The translations under genes and the position numbers were made by a program. The notes under the pieces were generated by a model that saw only the letters and a list, made by a program, of their open reading frames with translations, was not told the DNA's origin and ran no database searches. Positions 7,287 to 15,462 of a stretch of DNA of 38,605 bases are shown here, piece after piece (the first letter of the stretch is position 1; every line of letters starts with the position of its first letter). Source of the DNA: a bacterium (GTDB taxonomy: Bacteria; Bacteroidota; Bacteroidia; NS11-12g; UBA9320); assembly GCA_047639155.1 (NCBI GenBank), contig JBLING010000001.1, forward strand, positions 1 through 38,605, written 5' to 3'.

Positions 7287-7867
7287 TGCCGCTAAATGAA
7301 CTCATTTTTGCGACACACAATACGTACAAAGCAAAAGAAATTCAAGAATTACTAGGAAGTCGTTTTTTTATAAAAACGCTTACTGATATTGGCTTGCATG
7401 AAGAAATACCAGAAACTAAAAATAGCCTTGAGGGTAATGCCCAGCAGAAGGCACAATACGTTTTCGACCAATACAAGACCAACGTTTTTAGTGATGACAC
7501 AGGTCTAGAGGTGGCGGCGTTAAATGGTGACCCTGGTGTGCTTTCTGCTCGTTATGCCGGGCTTCAAAAAGACAGTGGTGACAACATTGATCTTCTTCTA
7601 TTAAAGCTAAAGGGGGTTAAAGATAGATCTGCTCAATTTCGAACGGTTATATCTTTATTTTGGAATGGTAATACTTATTTGTTTGAAGGTGTTGTTAGAG
7701 GAAAAATTTGTCTACAAAGACAAGGTTTAGACGGTTTTGGTTATGACCCTATTTTTCTACCGAATGGATATTCACAAACTTTTGCAGAAATGAATTTATC
7801 CTTAAAGAATAAAATTAGCCACAGGGGTTTGGCCGTACAAAAGATGATTCGTTTCTTAACTCGTTAA
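7286..7867 (+). CDS. rdgB: Non-canonical purine NTP pyrophosphatase (RdgB/HAM1 family)
   Basis: IFATHNTYKAKE, SDDTGLEV, FGYDPIF and ISHR motifs. The start overlaps the ridA stop (TAATG). Confidence 0.9.
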   Translation: MPLNELIFATHNTYKAKEIQELLGSRFFIKTLTDIGLHEEIPETKNSLEGNAQQKAQYVFDQYKTNVFSDDTGLEVAALNGDPGVLSARYAGLQKDSGDNIDLLLLKLKGVKDRSAQFRTVISLFWNGNTYLFEGVVRGKICLQRQGLDGFGYDPIFLPNGYSQTFAEMNLSLKNKISHRGLAVQKMIRFLTR

Positions 7868-8172
7868 TTCTGTAATGCCGTTCTATTTAATATTACAAAA
7901 CCAAAAAAACCATAGCCAATAACCTTTTCTTCCTCAAGTACTTTAAACTTTGTTTTTGAGTACACATAACAGTTTTCTCTTTCAATAAAAAAATTAATTG
8001 CCTTTCCTTTTAATTTTGGTTCCCAACTAAAAAACTCTCCCTTTTTCCCAAGCTGGGCCTCCAACATAGCGTTAACCTCCCTTTTTGCCGCATCTTTATG
8101 CTTTATTTCACTTGGGTTTGTTATAACCGCTAAAGCAAAAAGTATTATTAAACCAATGATAGTCTTTTTCAT
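7864..8172 (-). CDS. Small membrane-anchored hypothetical protein
   Basis: 102 aa with an N-terminal hydrophobic anchor (MKKTIIGLIILFALAVI). The ATG lies 6 nt downstream of the tRNA-Pro 3' end. I could not firmly recognise the family (possibly DUF4359-like). Confidence 0.7.
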   Translation of the reverse strand: MKKTIIGLIILFALAVITNPSEIKHKDAAKREVNAMLEAQLGKKGEFFSWEPKLKGKAINFFIERENCYVYSKTKFKVLEEEKVIGYGFFGFVILNRTALQN

Positions 8173-8178
8173 TTTTTG

Positions 8179-8253
8179 TCGGGATGAGAGGATTTGAACC
8201 TCCGATCTCTCGCCCCCCAGACGAGCACTTTAACCGGACTAAGCTACATCCCG
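8179..8253 (-). tRNA. tRNA-Pro (anticodon GGG)
   Basis: Reverse strand: CGGGATG-TA-GCTT...AAGT-G-CTCGT-CTGGGGG-GCGAG-...-GGAGG-TTCAAAT-CCTCT-CATCCCG-A. It forms a full cloverleaf with a C1:G72 pair, G37 and discriminator A73, which are typical of bacterial tRNA-Pro. CCA is not encoded. Confidence 0.92.
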
Positions 8254-8258
8254 TATTA

Positions 8259-9275
8259 TTAATTTATTGCCTTAAACTGTTCTAAAAATCTTTTGTCGTT
8301 TTCAAAAAGTGTTCTTATATCTTTCACTCCATATTGAAACATTGTTATTCTTTCTACTCCCATTCCAAATGCAAAACCACTGTACTTTTTTGAATCAATT
8401 CCGCAATTCTCTAAAACATTTACATCCACCATACCACAACCCAATATTTCCAACCAACCTGAGCCTTTAGTTAATCGGTAGTCGTCCTCCGTTTCTGTGC
8501 CCAGAAAAATATCCATTTCTGCACTTGGTTCCGTAAAAGGAAAATAACTTGGTCTAAACCTAACTTCTGTTTTATTACCAAAAAACTGTTGTACAAATAA
8601 AAACAACGTTTGCTTTAAGTCGGCAAAAGAAACATCTTCATCTATATACAACCCTTCAACCTGATGAAAAAAGCTATTTGATCTTGCACTAATTGCTTCA
8701 TTTCTATACACCCTTCCAGGACTAATGGTTCTTATAGGCGGTTTACTCCCCTCCATAACACGAACTTGTACGGAAGATGTGTGAGTGCGTAGGGATATAT
8801 CTTTATCAATAAAAAAGGTATCCTGCATATCCCTTGCAGGATGGTTTTTTGGGAAGTTTAATGCTGAGAAGTTATGCCAGTCGTCCTCTATTTCCGGTCC
8901 TTCTGAAATACTAAACCCCATCTTCTCAAAGATTTCTGTCATTCTTTTTTGCACGAGTGATAAGGGATGTCTACTTCCTTGTAAAACCTTTTTTCCCGGT
9001 AATGATTTATCCTTTTCTTCCTTAATTTCTTCCCCTTCTAAAGAAAAATTTTTCTTTGCTTCTTCGTACTTTTTTAGAGCGGAATTTTTTAAATTATTTA
9101 ATTCCGCCCCAAATAATTTTTTTTTTTCTTTTGGGAGTTTTTTAAATTCTTCCAACAGCACATTTACTTCCCCTTTTTTGACCAAAAAATTCAACCTAAA
9201 TTTTTCTAATTTTTCCTCACTCCCAATTGAAATGGAAGAGATTGTTTTTTTTAAGTTTTCAATGCGTTGTTTCAT
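8259..9275 (-). CDS. pheS: Phenylalanine--tRNA ligase alpha subunit
   Basis: Class II aaRS motifs: FPFTEPSAEMDI, GCGMVDVNVL and AFGMGVERITM. The 338-aa length is typical. Confidence 0.95.
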   Translation of the reverse strand: MKQRIENLKKTISSISIGSEEKLEKFRLNFLVKKGEVNVLLEEFKKLPKEKKKLFGAELNNLKNSALKKYEEAKKNFSLEGEEIKEEKDKSLPGKKVLQGSRHPLSLVQKRMTEIFEKMGFSISEGPEIEDDWHNFSALNFPKNHPARDMQDTFFIDKDISLRTHTSSVQVRVMEGSKPPIRTISPGRVYRNEAISARSNSFFHQVEGLYIDEDVSFADLKQTLFLFVQQFFGNKTEVRFRPSYFPFTEPSAEMDIFLGTETEDDYRLTKGSGWLEILGCGMVDVNVLENCGIDSKKYSGFAFGMGVERITMFQYGVKDIRTLFENDKRFLEQFKAIN

Positions 9276-9280
9276 CGGGA

Positions 9281-9288
9281 CAAAAATA
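9281..9288 (-). promoter_or_regulatory. -7 box TATTTTTG (reverse strand) for pheS
   Basis: Plus-strand caaaaata, 5 nt upstream of the pheS ATG (9275). Confidence 0.5.
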
Positions 9289-9694
9289 ATTCAGTTTTCC
9301 CGTTCTACCTTTTTTATTGTTGTCCACGGTAGTAATAGATTATTATATTAAATATAAGTTCTTATTTCTTTATTAGTCCTGTGGATTTGTGGAAGGTTTT
9401 TATTTTTTTATTTTTTTATATAATTAATAACAGGCAAAGTTGATAACTCAATTGTCTCAAGCCTTTAGTTTAACGGCACAGTCAAAACTATTTGTTAATA
9501 CTTTTTACTTTTACTGGTATGCTTGTTTAAAAAATTTTATAAAACCTTCTGTTGATTACCGTGGTGTTAATTTTCTAAAACTTGTGGTTTATACACCATT
9601 GTCGTTGGTTAACAATTTTAACTGTGCCTTATTAACAAAAAAAAGTAAAATATTAACAAAAATAATTTTTTATAAAACACTAACAATCAGTGTG

Positions 9695-11293
9695 TTAATT
9701 AATTAAGAGGACAATACCTTTCGTTTTCCATTTGGTTCTTACTTCTATGGGTGAATTTAAGTGCCAAATAGGCTCTGATTGGGTTTTATTTAAATAATTC
9801 ACGTCGGTCCAAGTATTGTTAAAATCACGATCTTCAAATAAATATCCTTTATACTCACCCGGTTCTAAAAAGTGAAAAGACAATGTGGTATCATTACGAA
9901 CTGCTTTTACAGAGACAATAGAGTTGTTTTTTTCTAAAACGAAGAGAAATGGACAAACTTTAGGGTTTAAAGAATCAAAAACAACATTAACCTCTACGTC
10001 ACCTGTTTTTTCTGATGACAAACAAAGGGTTGTAAACGTATCTGCTTTGTTTGATTCTTGATTGTAAAAAGTGATAGCCTTTGTGTCTAGAATTATTTTA
10101 TACCTATGGCCTTGTTTCCAAGAACAGTGAAGAAAGAAGGTGTTTTTGAAAAGCATAGTTGAATCAATGGAAACAGAACTAGAATCATTTACGTCAAAAA
10201 CCCGCAATAGTTTATCATTTGTTTTGCGAATAAAGTAGTCTGCCCTGAGCAAAAACGGTTGGTTAAAATGAATAAACCCTTCCGGTTTAATAGAAGGCTT
10301 TACGGGTGTAGTGCTTTTCGTTTTTAGTGTTTCACTAAGCGAAAGTGAATCCACTTTGATATTAACATTTATTAAGTCACCAACAGACAATTGTTTTGAA
10401 TTGAGGTATACATACACTGTATCCTTGGTAACACCATAATGCCAAGGAAGGGTTTTGTCTTTCGATAAATCGTTTAATATCACATCCGTTTTTAATGACA
10501 CTGATTGACCAATACATGGTTTGTTAAAAACAACTTTAACTTTTTGTGCGCTTATTTCGGCTACGTTTAACACACGAAGCTTTTGTGACAACGGACCCTT
10601 ACTTATACGAACTGTGTTATTAACAGTGTTAGTTAAAATGGGGCCAACGCTAAATGCCACTCTTTCTGTTATATCCAGTTTGTTGTTATTGTTTTCGTCT
10701 TTAACCGCATAACAATAGTATTGGCCATCGGCAATGTTGTTAAAAGAAAATAGACCGTTTTTGCCAGTTTTTGTGATGTAATATGGCGTTTGTAACAACA
10801 GTTGACTATCAGCAAACTCTTTGTATAAAAAGACCTTTATATCCTCTTCGGGTGCAAGAGAGAAAGCATTTTTTACAACACCGGAGATAATTGCCGTATC
10901 TACAAAGGGGCCCGTAGAGAAAACCAAGCGGAGGTTTTTTGTTGGATTGCCCTCATGTAAATCTTTGATGCCGTCATCTAAATAAAACTGGTAGGTTGTA
11001 TTGGGTATTAGAGTCTCATTCAATTGTAGAATAAGGGTCTTTCCTTTTACGACGATTTTTGGCGCAGACGCCAAGGGTGGAGAGATTATTAAACTTTTAT
11101 TTAAGTTGTTTAGTGTGATGTATTCATCAAAATTAAGTTTGATTTGATCACCAACAAAATAGGTTTTAGCGCTATCTGGACTACTAGAAACAAGTTGTGG
11201 TGGTTGAATGTCTTTTTCTCCCCCTGGTGGTAAATCAATTGATGCACAAGAGCAAAATAAAAGAATTGTGGATAGGAATAGAACTTTATTCAT
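9695..11293 (-). CDS. Ig-like-domain lipoprotein (SbsA-Ig/Big_5-like N-terminus)
   Basis: Lipobox LLFCSC|AS followed by DLPPGGEKDIQPPQLVSSSPDS, typical of Ig-like-domain lipoproteins in Bacteroidota. The start overlaps the mnmG stop (ATGA). Confidence 0.8.
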   Translation of the reverse strand: MNKVLFLSTILLFCSCASIDLPPGGEKDIQPPQLVSSSPDSAKTYFVGDQIKLNFDEYITLNNLNKSLIISPPLASAPKIVVKGKTLILQLNETLIPNTTYQFYLDDGIKDLHEGNPTKNLRLVFSTGPFVDTAIISGVVKNAFSLAPEEDIKVFLYKEFADSQLLLQTPYYITKTGKNGLFSFNNIADGQYYCYAVKDENNNNKLDITERVAFSVGPILTNTVNNTVRISKGPLSQKLRVLNVAEISAQKVKVVFNKPCIGQSVSLKTDVILNDLSKDKTLPWHYGVTKDTVYVYLNSKQLSVGDLINVNIKVDSLSLSETLKTKSTTPVKPSIKPEGFIHFNQPFLLRADYFIRKTNDKLLRVFDVNDSSSVSIDSTMLFKNTFFLHCSWKQGHRYKIILDTKAITFYNQESNKADTFTTLCLSSEKTGDVEVNVVFDSLNPKVCPFLFVLEKNNSIVSVKAVRNDTTLSFHFLEPGEYKGYLFEDRDFNNTWTDVNYLNKTQSEPIWHLNSPIEVRTKWKTKGIVLLIN

Positions 11294-13152
11294 CGGCCGA
11301 AATATACAAGTAGAATTGAAATATCTGAGGGGCGAACACCGCTTATTCTTGAGGCTTGTCCAATTGTTTTTGGGCGAACAACACCTAACTTTTCTTTGGC
11401 TTCTGCAGACAAAGAGATAAGTGCGCTGTAGTCAAAATCTGGTTTAATGTTCATGTTTTCAAACCGATCAAGTTTCAAAGCCATTTCTTGTTCCTTCTCA
11501 ATATAGCCATGATATTTTATTAGTATTTCTGCTTGTTCTTTTAGCTCAACACTTAAAGGACTTAAATACGCTTTTGTTGTTTTAAGCTTGTCAAAGTCGG
11601 TAATGTGCAGCTGTGGACGAGAAAGGAGTTTTTTAAATTTATATTTTTGGGTAACCAAAGCACTCTTTTTGTCTTCCAAAACAGGGTTAATCTCGTCTGG
11701 CGGGATGCTTGTTTTGTTTATATAAGCTGTTAGGGCATGGAGAGCCTTTTCTTTCTGTAAATGCAAATTGTTGCGCTCTTCTGATGCCAAGCCAAGGTCG
11801 TACCCCTTTTTTGTAAGCCGCTGATCAGCATTGTCTTGTCGTAGCAAAATACGATACTCTGCTCGTGAGGTAAACATGCGATAAGGCTCTTGTGTGCCCT
11901 TATTAATGAGATCATCGATTAACACACCTATATATGCTTCTGAACGTGAAAGAACAAATGGGTCTTTCTCATTTGTTTTTTGGTACGCATTAATACCAGC
12001 CATCAATCCTTGACTAGCCGCTTCTTCATATCCTGTCGTTCCATTAATTTGACCAGCAAAAAATAAATTTTGAATTCCCTTTGTCTCTAAACTTTGATAT
12101 AACTGGGTAGGCTGAAAAAAGTCGTATTCAATGGCATAACCAGGACGAAAAAACTTTACGTTTTCAAAACCCTCAACCAAGCGCAGCGCTTCAATTTGAA
12201 TGTCGGCAGGAAGGGAGGTTGAAAAACCATTAACATATATCTCGACCGTATCCCAACCCTCTGGTTCAACGAATATTTGGTGACGATCGCGCTCAGCAAA
12301 GCGATTAATTTTATCTTCAACACTTGGACAGTAGCGTGGCCCCAAACTCTTAATGGCCCCATTGAACATTGGGCTATCGTCAAAACCTGTTCTAAGTACG
12401 TCGTGAACAGCTTGGTTTGTATAAGTGATGTGGCAGCTCCGTTGGTTGGTTAGTCGAGCTTCTGAGAGATAAGAAAAAGCACCCGGACTATCATCGCCTT
12501 TTTGCTCTTCCATCTTATTGTAATTCAATGTTCTTCCATCTACCCTTGGTGGGGTTCCTGTTTTCATTCTTCCTGACTCAAAACCAAAAGATACAAGTTG
12601 TTCCGTTATGCCAGTAGAAGCTCTTTCGGCCATTCTTCCGCCACCAAACTGGTTCCTTCCGATATGTATAACACCATTCATAAATGTTCCACTGGTTAAT
12701 ACCACAGCCTTGGATCTAAACTCAAAACCCATTGCAGTTTTGGCGCCCACAACAGTGTTGTTTTCTATGATTAACTCATTAACCATGTCCTGAAACAAGG
12801 AAATATTTTTGTTTTGTTCAATCGCGGTCCGCCATAAAGAGGAAAACAACATGCGGTCATTTTGGGTTCTAGGACTCCACATAGCGGCCCCCTTAGACCT
12901 ATTGAGCATCCGAAACTGTATTGCAGATTTATCAGAGACTATTCCGCTCATACCGCCGAGTGCGTCAATCTCGCGAACGATTTGACCTTTTGCCACACCA
13001 CCCATCGCGGGGTTACAGGACATTTTTGCGATGGCCTCCATGTTCATGGTTATAAGCAAAACAGAACTACCTAGAGTAGCTGCAGCGTGAGCCGCCTCAC
13101 AACCAGCATGGCCAGCGCCAATTACTATTACATCGTATGTACCGTGGGTCAT
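11290..13152 (-). CDS. mnmG: tRNA uridine 5-carboxymethylaminomethyl modification enzyme MnmG (GidA)
   Basis: FAD-binding YDVIVIGAGHAGCEAA plus full-length GidA-type sequence (GPRYCPSVEDK, FFAGQINGTTGYEEAA). Confidence 0.97.
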   Translation of the reverse strand: MTHGTYDVIVIGAGHAGCEAAHAAATLGSSVLLITMNMEAIAKMSCNPAMGGVAKGQIVREIDALGGMSGIVSDKSAIQFRMLNRSKGAAMWSPRTQNDRMLFSSLWRTAIEQNKNISLFQDMVNELIIENNTVVGAKTAMGFEFRSKAVVLTSGTFMNGVIHIGRNQFGGGRMAERASTGITEQLVSFGFESGRMKTGTPPRVDGRTLNYNKMEEQKGDDSPGAFSYLSEARLTNQRSCHITYTNQAVHDVLRTGFDDSPMFNGAIKSLGPRYCPSVEDKINRFAERDRHQIFVEPEGWDTVEIYVNGFSTSLPADIQIEALRLVEGFENVKFFRPGYAIEYDFFQPTQLYQSLETKGIQNLFFAGQINGTTGYEEAASQGLMAGINAYQKTNEKDPFVLSRSEAYIGVLIDDLINKGTQEPYRMFTSRAEYRILLRQDNADQRLTKKGYDLGLASEERNNLHLQKEKALHALTAYINKTSIPPDEINPVLEDKKSALVTQKYKFKKLLSRPQLHITDFDKLKTTKAYLSPLSVELKEQAEILIKYHGYIEKEQEMALKLDRFENMNIKPDFDYSALISLSAEAKEKLGVVRPKTIGQASRISGVRPSDISILLVYFGR

Positions 13153-13174
13153 AATGGTGTTCCACGTGGAACCT

Positions 13175-13588
13175 TTAAATGCTTTTGATTAAATTATTTT
13201 CCGCTTCGCGCATAGTTTTTTTTTCTTCCTCAGTTGAGTCATTCAACCCAGAGAGGTGGAGCAAACCATGCGCCATAACACGTTTTAATTCTTCCGCAAA
13301 AGTACAATTAAATGTTGCGGCGTTTTCAGTGACACGATCTATGCTAATGTACACCTCACAGTCCAGTGGTTCCCGAAATGCCTGTCGAAGATCAAAAGTG
13401 ATAATGTCTGTGTAATAGTCATGACCCAATTGAGCCCTGTTCATTTCTAATAAGAAATCATCAGAGCAAAAAACATAACGAATCGCTTCAATAGATGAAA
13501 ATAGCTTTTTTGAAACCCCCTCAAACCAAGGGGTTAGCGCCACAAAAAAGGGGGGCTCGCCAACATTGTGAAAGGTGTAGTGTATCAT
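13175..13588 (-). CDS. ybeY: rRNA maturation endoribonuclease YbeY
   Basis: Metal-binding motif HGLLHLSGLND. The 137-aa length is typical. The start overlaps the upstream gene's stop (ATGA). Confidence 0.92.
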   Translation of the reverse strand: MIHYTFHNVGEPPFFVALTPWFEGVSKKLFSSIEAIRYVFCSDDFLLEMNRAQLGHDYYTDIITFDLRQAFREPLDCEVYISIDRVTENAATFNCTFAEELKRVMAHGLLHLSGLNDSTEEEKKTMREAENNLIKSI

Positions 13589-15279
13589 CTTATTACCCGA
13601 ACACTTCCTGAAAGGCGATGTTTGTTGCCATTTAAATCCATTATTGCTATGTCGTAAAAATAAACACCCATAGGAACAAAAGTGGTTGTTGCGTCAACCG
13701 ACCATCCTGTTTGTACATCTTCGGTTATAAAGATTTGTTCCCCCCAACGATTAAACACAAGCATTTTAGAGTTGCCCTGGTCAATAGATGTTCCAATAAC
13801 TTTTAACGTGTGGTTTTTGGAAAGTGGGTTTAATGTGTTTGGAATATAATATACAGGTGTTCGTTTCGCACAAACCGTGTTGCTTTTTGAAACACGACTA
13901 AACCCATAAGTGTTTTGGTTTTCAACCGCTTCGACTCGAAAACACAGCATCGAGGTGTCTTTATTTTCATAGAACAAGTCTGTGGTGTTGGAAACAATGT
14001 TCCACGTGGAACCATCGAAACCCAATATGTTATATTCGGAAACTAAGCCATTCCAGTTGGTATATGGATTCCAAGTTAAATATTCCCCGTCTATTTTTAA
14101 AAGGATAGAGTTGCTGTACAATGAAGAACTTGTTCCACCTAAACAAGGTGCAAAGGTTCGAATAAAATATGTGTTACTTTTATTGTCAGTGAACGCGTTA
14201 TTGTCAATCCAAGTGTAAAACTGATCACCGGGTAATAGTTTTTTGCTACCAATTCTTTTGGGTGACCCCTCCACTCTGTATAACACAACACTGTCGGCAA
14301 CACCCTCATTATCAACGAAGGATTCTATTTTAATAATGTTTTTTCGTGCTACAGTAACTTGAGATAAGTATGTAAATTTTGGTAGTACCGGTTGCGTGAG
14401 TTTGGTGCAACTTACATTGGAAGAGGAGGATTTCTTTGAATCGACGGTATTTGTAGCACGAATAAAAAAGCAAACACTATCACCAAAATTAACGCCAGGG
14501 TGAGCATATGAAACATCGTTGGCACCAACAGGTGTTGGGGAGAAAGTTGAACGATTGATTGAAATATGGACAGCTTGGGTTTCCGATGCCCATCCAACAT
14601 AGCTGGTCCAAGTCAAAGATGCACTTTTGGTACAGGTGTCTAAGCTTGTATTCAGGATCATTGCAGTATGAAACGAGGAGATTGAAGAGAACAAATTACA
14701 AGAATCAAACGCGGCCAATGTATACCTAATTGGGAGCTTAACACTTTGATATTTAACCATATACACCAAACTAGATGTGTCGGCCAATGTGCTATTTATT
14801 CCATTTGATTGTGTGTAAACACGATATCCTTTTGTGTCTTTTGATGTGTTTGCCTGCCAACCAACGATTGGTCGTTGTGTTAAAAAATCAATACTTACGG
14901 AGTCAATCGCATTATCCGTAGGAGGTGTAATATCTAAAGCCAAAACGTTTGATTTTGCTGTGTCGCTTCCATTGCACTTAAACCGAGTTTCGAAAAAGAA
15001 AACCCAGGTTGGATTTGAGTTAGGTAACTTAATCTGAATAGAATTGGCGCCAAAGACCTTTTGTGTTTTGAGAAGGTTAAATATAATTTTGTCTTCGCTG
15101 CCATAAATTTGATGCTCAACAAAGGAACCACACGCATCATTGATGCTTGAATAGTCAATTGTTACAACACTATCAGCGACATTCATACAAGCACGAATCA
15201 AGGTCGGGGCCTTAGTGATGCCAGCTGCATGAAGTTGTGCAAAAAACACAACATAAAATATGATTAAGGGTCGTAACAT
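13585..15279 (-). CDS. Secreted protein with a gliding-motility-associated (T9SS type B) C-terminal domain
   Basis: Signal peptide MLRPLIIFYVVFFAQLHA. The C-terminus ...LVFNRWGEQIFITEDVQTGWSVD...GVYFYDIAIMDLNGNKHRLSGSVRVIR follows the CHU_C/type B pattern. Confidence 0.85.
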   Translation of the reverse strand: MLRPLIIFYVVFFAQLHAAGITKAPTLIRACMNVADSVVTIDYSSINDACGSFVEHQIYGSEDKIIFNLLKTQKVFGANSIQIKLPNSNPTWVFFFETRFKCNGSDTAKSNVLALDITPPTDNAIDSVSIDFLTQRPIVGWQANTSKDTKGYRVYTQSNGINSTLADTSSLVYMVKYQSVKLPIRYTLAAFDSCNLFSSISSFHTAMILNTSLDTCTKSASLTWTSYVGWASETQAVHISINRSTFSPTPVGANDVSYAHPGVNFGDSVCFFIRATNTVDSKKSSSSNVSCTKLTQPVLPKFTYLSQVTVARKNIIKIESFVDNEGVADSVVLYRVEGSPKRIGSKKLLPGDQFYTWIDNNAFTDNKSNTYFIRTFAPCLGGTSSSLYSNSILLKIDGEYLTWNPYTNWNGLVSEYNILGFDGSTWNIVSNTTDLFYENKDTSMLCFRVEAVENQNTYGFSRVSKSNTVCAKRTPVYYIPNTLNPLSKNHTLKVIGTSIDQGNSKMLVFNRWGEQIFITEDVQTGWSVDATTTFVPMGVYFYDIAIMDLNGNKHRLSGSVRVIR

Positions 15280-15450
15280 GATATAATTTAACGAAGTTAC
15301 GTCGTAAATGTTGTGAATATCAAGTTATTATGACCCATGGAGGCACAAATGATATAAGAATTACGTACACGGAACTGTCGAAGTGTAGTCAAGATTAAAC
15401 GGTAGGCATAAAATTGAGTATATTGCGAGGTAACAAATCGTGAATCTGCT

Positions 15451-15458
15451 TACCTTTG
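15451..15458 (+). promoter_or_regulatory. -7 box TACCTTTG
   Basis: Exact TAnnTTTG, 4 nt upstream of the rluB ATG at 15463. Confidence 0.5.
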
Positions 15459-15462
15459 CTCT

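Noticed and set aside
8785-9351. The 188-aa plus-strand ORF from the track.
   Set aside because: It is entirely antisense to the well-supported pheS gene. Its Ser/Phe-rich low-complexity sequence is typical of a shadow ORF.
9276-9694. A possible chromosomal replication origin: an AT-rich spacer near mnmG/gidA with T-tracts resembling an unwinding element and TGTGGA/CCAC boxes.
   Set aside because: There is no perfect DnaA box (TTATCCACA or its complement). The best candidates carry at least 2 mismatches (TTGTCCACG at 9320, TGTGGATTT at 9380, TGTGGAAGG at 9388, TGTGGTTTA at 9583). dnaA and dnaN are not in the window. Adjacency of gidA to oriC is an enterobacterial feature, not a general rule. 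A GC-skew or DoriC-style analysis of the full replicon would be needed to revive this idea.
9440-9706. The 88-aa plus-strand ORF in the AT-rich spacer.
   Set aside because: It has a TTG-type start in very AT-rich DNA. The composition is low-complexity and Asn/Lys/Phe/Leu-biased, with no domain or signal logic. It is probably a chance ORF, although a ribosome-profiling check would settle it.
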